Part shown: positions 6,966-10,844 of the stretch, piece after piece | How positions within the stretch are numbered: the stretch's first letter is position 1 | Layout: the number at the start of each line of letters is the position of its first letter | NCBI RefSeq assembly: GCF_006345805.1 | Contig: NW_021827302.1 | Span: forward strand, 1 to 10,844 | Origin: Octopus sinensis | Taxonomy: Eukaryota | Direction of reading: 5' to 3' | Length of the DNA stretch: 10,844 nt | Translations under genes and position numbers: made by a program | The notes under the pieces: model-generated | Databases searched by the model: none | Told to the model about the DNA's origin: nothing | The model's input: only the letters and a program-made list of their open reading frames with translations

Positions 6966-7194
6966 TTTCTTTACTACCCACAAGGGGCTAAACATAGAGG
7001 GGACAAACAAGAACAGACAAACGGATTAAGTCGATTACATCGACCCCAGTGCGTAAATGGTACTTTATTTATCGACCCCGAAAGGATGAAAGGGAGGGTC
7101 GACCTCGGCGGAATTTGAACTCAGAACGTAGCGGCAGACGAAATACGGCTACGCATTTCGCCCGGCGTGCTAACGTTTCTGCCAGCTCGCCGCC
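6966..7194 (-). mobile_element. tRNA-derived SINE (family B), near full length
   Basis: The head GGCGGCGAGCTGGCAGAAACGTTAG is followed by B box GAGTTCAAATTCC (7110-7122) and the conserved CCTTTCATCCTTTCGGGGTCGATAAA block. It is homologous to 8841-9030 and 8721-8823 in this window. Confidence 0.85.
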
Positions 7195-7365
7195 ATATAC
7201 ATACATATATATATATACATACATTCATATATATATATATATATACACACACACATATACATATAATTTCATGTATATTTGTAAATTGATATATGATGTG
7301 TATACACACATCTATATATACATTATATATATTTGTTTATAGTTATATAATATATATATGTATAC
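7195..7365. repeat. Mixed TA/TACA low-complexity tract
   Basis: Directly visible. Confidence 0.9.
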
Positions 7366-7366
7366 G

Positions 7367-7399
<33 letters not shown>

Positions 7400-7419
7400 G
7401 GATAGATAGATGATTAGAT

Positions 7420-7490
<71 letters not shown>

Positions 7491-7509
7491 GGATAGATAA
7501 TGATAGATA
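7367..7509 (+). repeat. (GATA)n tetranucleotide microsatellite
   Basis: About 140 bp of GATA units with a few interruptions. Confidence 0.95.
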
Positions 7510-7672
7510 TGTGTGCACATATATGTTATATCATATATATGTGTATATATGGACGATATAAAGTAAATCGACAAAAGACCTAAAATGAAAACAACGAAAC
7601 TCCGAGAAACGTTTTCGGTTGATATTTTGACAATGAATCTAACAAAAAGAAAAGAGCTTAGATCGAGTTATA

Positions 7673-8517
7673 CACGTGGTATGATCAATAAGTACCCGGA
7701 CTGTTGCTATAGTAACGAAGCTAAAGCACGTAGAGTGATGCCGCTCGGTACATATTGGCCTGAAACACTTCTGTGCATGTGCACCAAATTTTAACGTTCT
7801 AGCCCACTTCTACTGTTTATAGCAGTGCTTGCAAGGAACATGTGTAGCGTGCTATTGTCTCATTGACCATGAATCTGCATCAACTTTTGCCACAAGCTTG
7901 GCGATCCCCGATTAGAGGCCTACGCAAGGTTGCAGAAGGTGTACGGAGAGGAGTGGAGGAGGCGAATAAATATCGATACTGACAAACGTTCTGAGAGACC
8001 CGAAACCAACAGAACTGAGGAAAACATCGAGCTGTGAGAGGAAATCGTCGAATCATCCGTGAGTTATCAGAGGATGTACAGATTAGCTACGGTTCAGTTC
8101 AGTCTATTATCATTCAAGATTTGGATGCGAGACGCGTGTCTGCCAAGTTCGTCTCAACACTGCTTTCAGCTGACAACGCACCTGCCCTTTCAGCCCAGCT
8201 TGTGCAGCAGTTTTTGGCTAGGCAAGGCATTCCTCAGGTTCGACAGATCTTGCCCCTTGCAACTTTTCCCTCCTTCCAAAAACCAAATCCAGCTTGCATT
8301 TCAGGACGTCAAAGAAATCAAAGTGAATGCGAACGAGGCAGCTGCTGATTATCCCATTAAACGAGTTCCAGTAATGGTTCCATCAATGAAAATAGCGCCG
8401 GATGAAGTGTGTAGCTTCGAAGGGGTCTACTTTGAAGGAGATTAAATGCCAAATTGGTACTTGTTGCAATTTTGATTTTATAGTACCAGTCCCGATACTT
8501 ACTGATCAGACCGCGCG
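7673..8517 (+). mobile_element. Internally deleted Tc1/mariner (mariner-type) DNA transposon, 845 bp
   Basis: 30-bp TIRs at 7673-7702 (CACGTGGTATGATCAATAAGTACCCGGACT) and 8488-8517 match 24/30. TA precedes the left TIR; the right TA is not clean. Transposase remnants lie inside. Confidence 0.85.
7873..8445 (+). pseudogene. Mariner transposase remnant
   Basis: N-terminal HTH-like ICINFCHKLG..EAYARLQKVYGEE; IRELSEDVQISYGSVQSII; RRVSAKFV (WVPHEL-equivalent); DNAPA; DLAPCNF (YSPDLAP-equivalent); C-terminal EGVYFEGD*. It has several deletions and frameshifts. Confidence 0.85.
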
Positions 8518-8536
8518 GATGTATATATATATATAT

Positions 8537-8823
8537 TACGGGATCACGTGATCGACCAGGCTATCACATCGCTGGTCACAATGCGCTTCGCATTGTTTTA
8601 GCCTTCAAATGACGCCACCCCGCTGGCTAAGCGACCAGGCTAACAGAAGAAAGAGTGAGAGAAAGTTGTGGCGAAAGAGTACAGCAGGGATCACCACCAC
8701 CCCCTGCCGGAACCTCGTGGAACGGCAAAGTCACCCCCGGTGGCATTTGAATTTGGTGCGTAAAGCTGGAAGAAATGTAAAGCTTTTTGTTCGATGCAGT
8801 AACGATTCTGCCAGCTCACCGCC
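8537..8823 (-). mobile_element. Composite SINE: diverged family-B head (8721-8823) joined to an unrelated body (8537-8720)
   Basis: 8721-8823 aligns with the family-B heads (about 7090-7194 and 8925-9030). 8537-8720 has no similarity to the family-B bodies and ends in the palindrome GATCACGTGATC (8542-8553). Confidence 0.6.
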
Positions 8824-8840
8824 TTAATTATACAACATAT

Positions 8841-9030
8841 TCTTTTCTACTCTAGGCGGGGGTAGGGCAGTCGATCAACTCCAGTACGCAACTGGTACCT
8901 TATTTTATCGACCCCGAAAGGATGAAAGGCAAAGTCGACCTCGGCGGAATTCGATCTCAGAACGTAAAGACAGACGAAATACCGCTAAGCATTTCACCAG
9001 GCGTGCCAACGTTTCTGCCAGCTCGCCGCC
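8841..9030 (-). mobile_element. tRNA-derived SINE (family-B head, alternative shortened tail)
   Basis: The head and central block closely match 7030-7194. The tail is ...CCCCCGCCTAGAGTAGAAAAGA. A candidate TSD is TAATTATACAA (8825-8835) / TAATTATCCAA (9032-9042). Confidence 0.85.
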
Positions 9031-9300
9031 GTAATTATCCAAAAGTAAAGTATGTATAATATAATAATTAGGCACTGAATTATTTTTTGGAATACCTCGT
9101 TTAAAGGAATTCCGTCCACAGAATTTGAGGAAACGCTTCTGGTATTTTAAGGATTATTTTTATCGAAACTTTTATGAGGTCAAAGAATTAACTTTGAAAT
9201 TCGGATCACTTCAATTCTGCATAATTTCAATTTTACATTCAGATTTTTAAAAAAATATTTTTTGAAGAGAAAGGAAGGAAAGTTACAACAGACGATCAGA

Positions 9301-9337
9301 AACACACACACACACACAACACACACACACACACACA

Positions 9338-9387
<50 letters not shown>

Positions 9388-9534
9388 ATACACACACACA
9401 CGCACACACACATCGTATATGCATGCATATAAACATATGTACATACATGCGCACGCATGTATATATGTATATACATATATATATATAAATTAACACGCGC
9501 ACACACACAGATGAATGAAACACGCACACACACA

Positions 9535-9589
<55 letters not shown>

Positions 9590-9596
9590 AGAGAGA

Positions 9597-9641
<45 letters not shown>

Positions 9642-9660
9642 TATACAAAAAGGAAAGAAG
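9301..9660. repeat. Compound microsatellite (CA)n-(TACA)n-(TA)n-(GA)n
   Basis: Directly visible. ORFs 9180..9539 and 9296..9529 are artefacts of it. Confidence 0.95.
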
Positions 9661-9905
9661 CGTCTACGTAACTTGTATGTATATATGTATTGATATGTGT
9701 GTGTGTGTGTGTATGTTCATAGATAAACTTAAATTAAATTATAGAAATAATTGGGAGTATGGAAAATATTTGTCATCATCTCGAACTCATGGTATAAGCA
9801 GCCGAGTGCGAAAAAACATCATAATTATTTTTATTATTCCATGTACTCCCATCAATACAAACACACAAAGTTTATATGTGTGTGTGTATGTGGAGGAGGG
9901 GTAAA

Positions 9906-10026
9906 CATTGTATATATACATATATATAGCATATATATATATATATATATATAGATATATAGATATATATATATATATATATATGTATATATTATATATG
10001 TATATAGATATATATATATATATATT

Positions 10027-10059
<33 letters not shown>

Positions 10060-10080
10060 CTATATATATATATATATAAT
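9906..10080. repeat. (TA)n microsatellite
   Basis: Directly visible. Confidence 0.95.
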
Positions 10081-10589
10081 ATTATCTATGTAATTCAAGT
10101 GGGTAAGCTCTAGTATGAATTTCACGTTCTGAGTATCTTCAAATTATATTTCAATTTTACAATCGCTAATAATTTTGAATGCAAGTGTAGTTATTTGAAA
10201 GTATCTTTTCGAAAGTATATTATTTTTATTATTGGAAAGAAGAAAAAAAATGGGCGCGTCTTATTGTAATTTAACTCTATGAGGGGATAATATGTTGAAG
10301 TAGTTTTACATAGATACATACAAATACAAACCTACACACACACACATATATGTATGTATGTGTGTGTATCTGTATGAGTGTGCACAAGCATACTCAGACA
10401 GGCAAGCAAATACATGCTGTAATATATAAAAATATATCTCTTTTGGTCCTCACACATACACACACACATATGTATGTATGTACGGATGTGTGTATATCAG
10501 TAAACCTATCGATATATATTTCACAATTAGGGTAAAATAAGTGAAATTGTGAATTTTAATTTCATTCGTTATTATTATCGTTGTTCTTT

Positions 10590-10591
<2 letters not shown>

Positions 10592-10641
<50 letters not shown>

Positions 10642-10665
10642 CATCATCTTTATCATCATCATCGT
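10592..10665. repeat. (ATT)n followed by (ATC)n trinucleotide repeats
   Basis: Directly visible; the source of the poly-Ile and poly-Tyr ORFs. Confidence 0.95.
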
Positions 10666-10801
10666 AATTATTATCAGGATCGCCTGATCGGCACAAGTAT
10701 TGTCGTTCTCCTCATTGCCGTTGAAAGTCATCGTTGTCGTGATGGTACGCATCATTTTAATGTTGGCCATATTCACCAATATGGTCTACGTAAAATAAAG
10801 T

Positions 10802-10844
10802 AATACATACATACACACATACATACATACATACATACATACAT
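10802..10844. repeat. (TACA)n microsatellite
   Basis: Directly visible; it runs off the window end. Confidence 0.95.

Noticed and set aside
7598-7617. CCGAGAAACGTTTTCGG near-palindrome containing GAAACGTT
   Set aside because: No upstream CUGANGA core or stem II; treated as a chance short palindrome.
9778-9810. B-box-like CATGAGTTCGAG on the minus strand
   Set aside because: An isolated motif with no A box, cloverleaf or homology to the SINE bodies in the window.
1-10844. CRISPR array, prokaryotic operon or defence system
   Set aside because: There is no repeat-spacer periodicity, and the content (SINEs, LINE, microsatellites) is typical of an animal nuclear genome.

Overview
Eukaryotic, AT-rich, non-genic (intronic or intergenic) DNA made almost entirely of transposon remnants and microsatellites. 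The TA/TACA/GATA/ATT repeat load and the SINE sequences resemble an octopus (coleoid cephalopod) genome; this is pattern recall, not a database result. No host protein-coding gene is supported, and most ORFs in the track are microsatellite or antisense artefacts. Contents: a 5'-truncated, frameshifted CR1-group LINE (2619-5010), an internally deleted mariner (7673-8517), several tRNA-derived SINEs, hAT-like and piggyBac-like MITEs, and several fold-back elements. The most interesting signal is a set of minimal type-I hammerhead ribozyme motifs of the Penelope-like element (PLE) kind, with a loopless palindromic ACGU stem III. One has an intact core (518-559, minus strand), one is its decayed inverted partner (763-804), and one belongs to an unrelated repeat family with covarying stems (5875-5907). 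The first two sit in a palindromic unit (inverted body, partial tRNA-like head, body) flanked by a candidate target-site duplication. This suggests a ribozyme-carrying, tRNA-headed SINE mobilised by Penelope-type machinery. A second 'inverted body / tRNA head / body' arrangement occurs at 6018-6423. All alignments and counts were made by eye.
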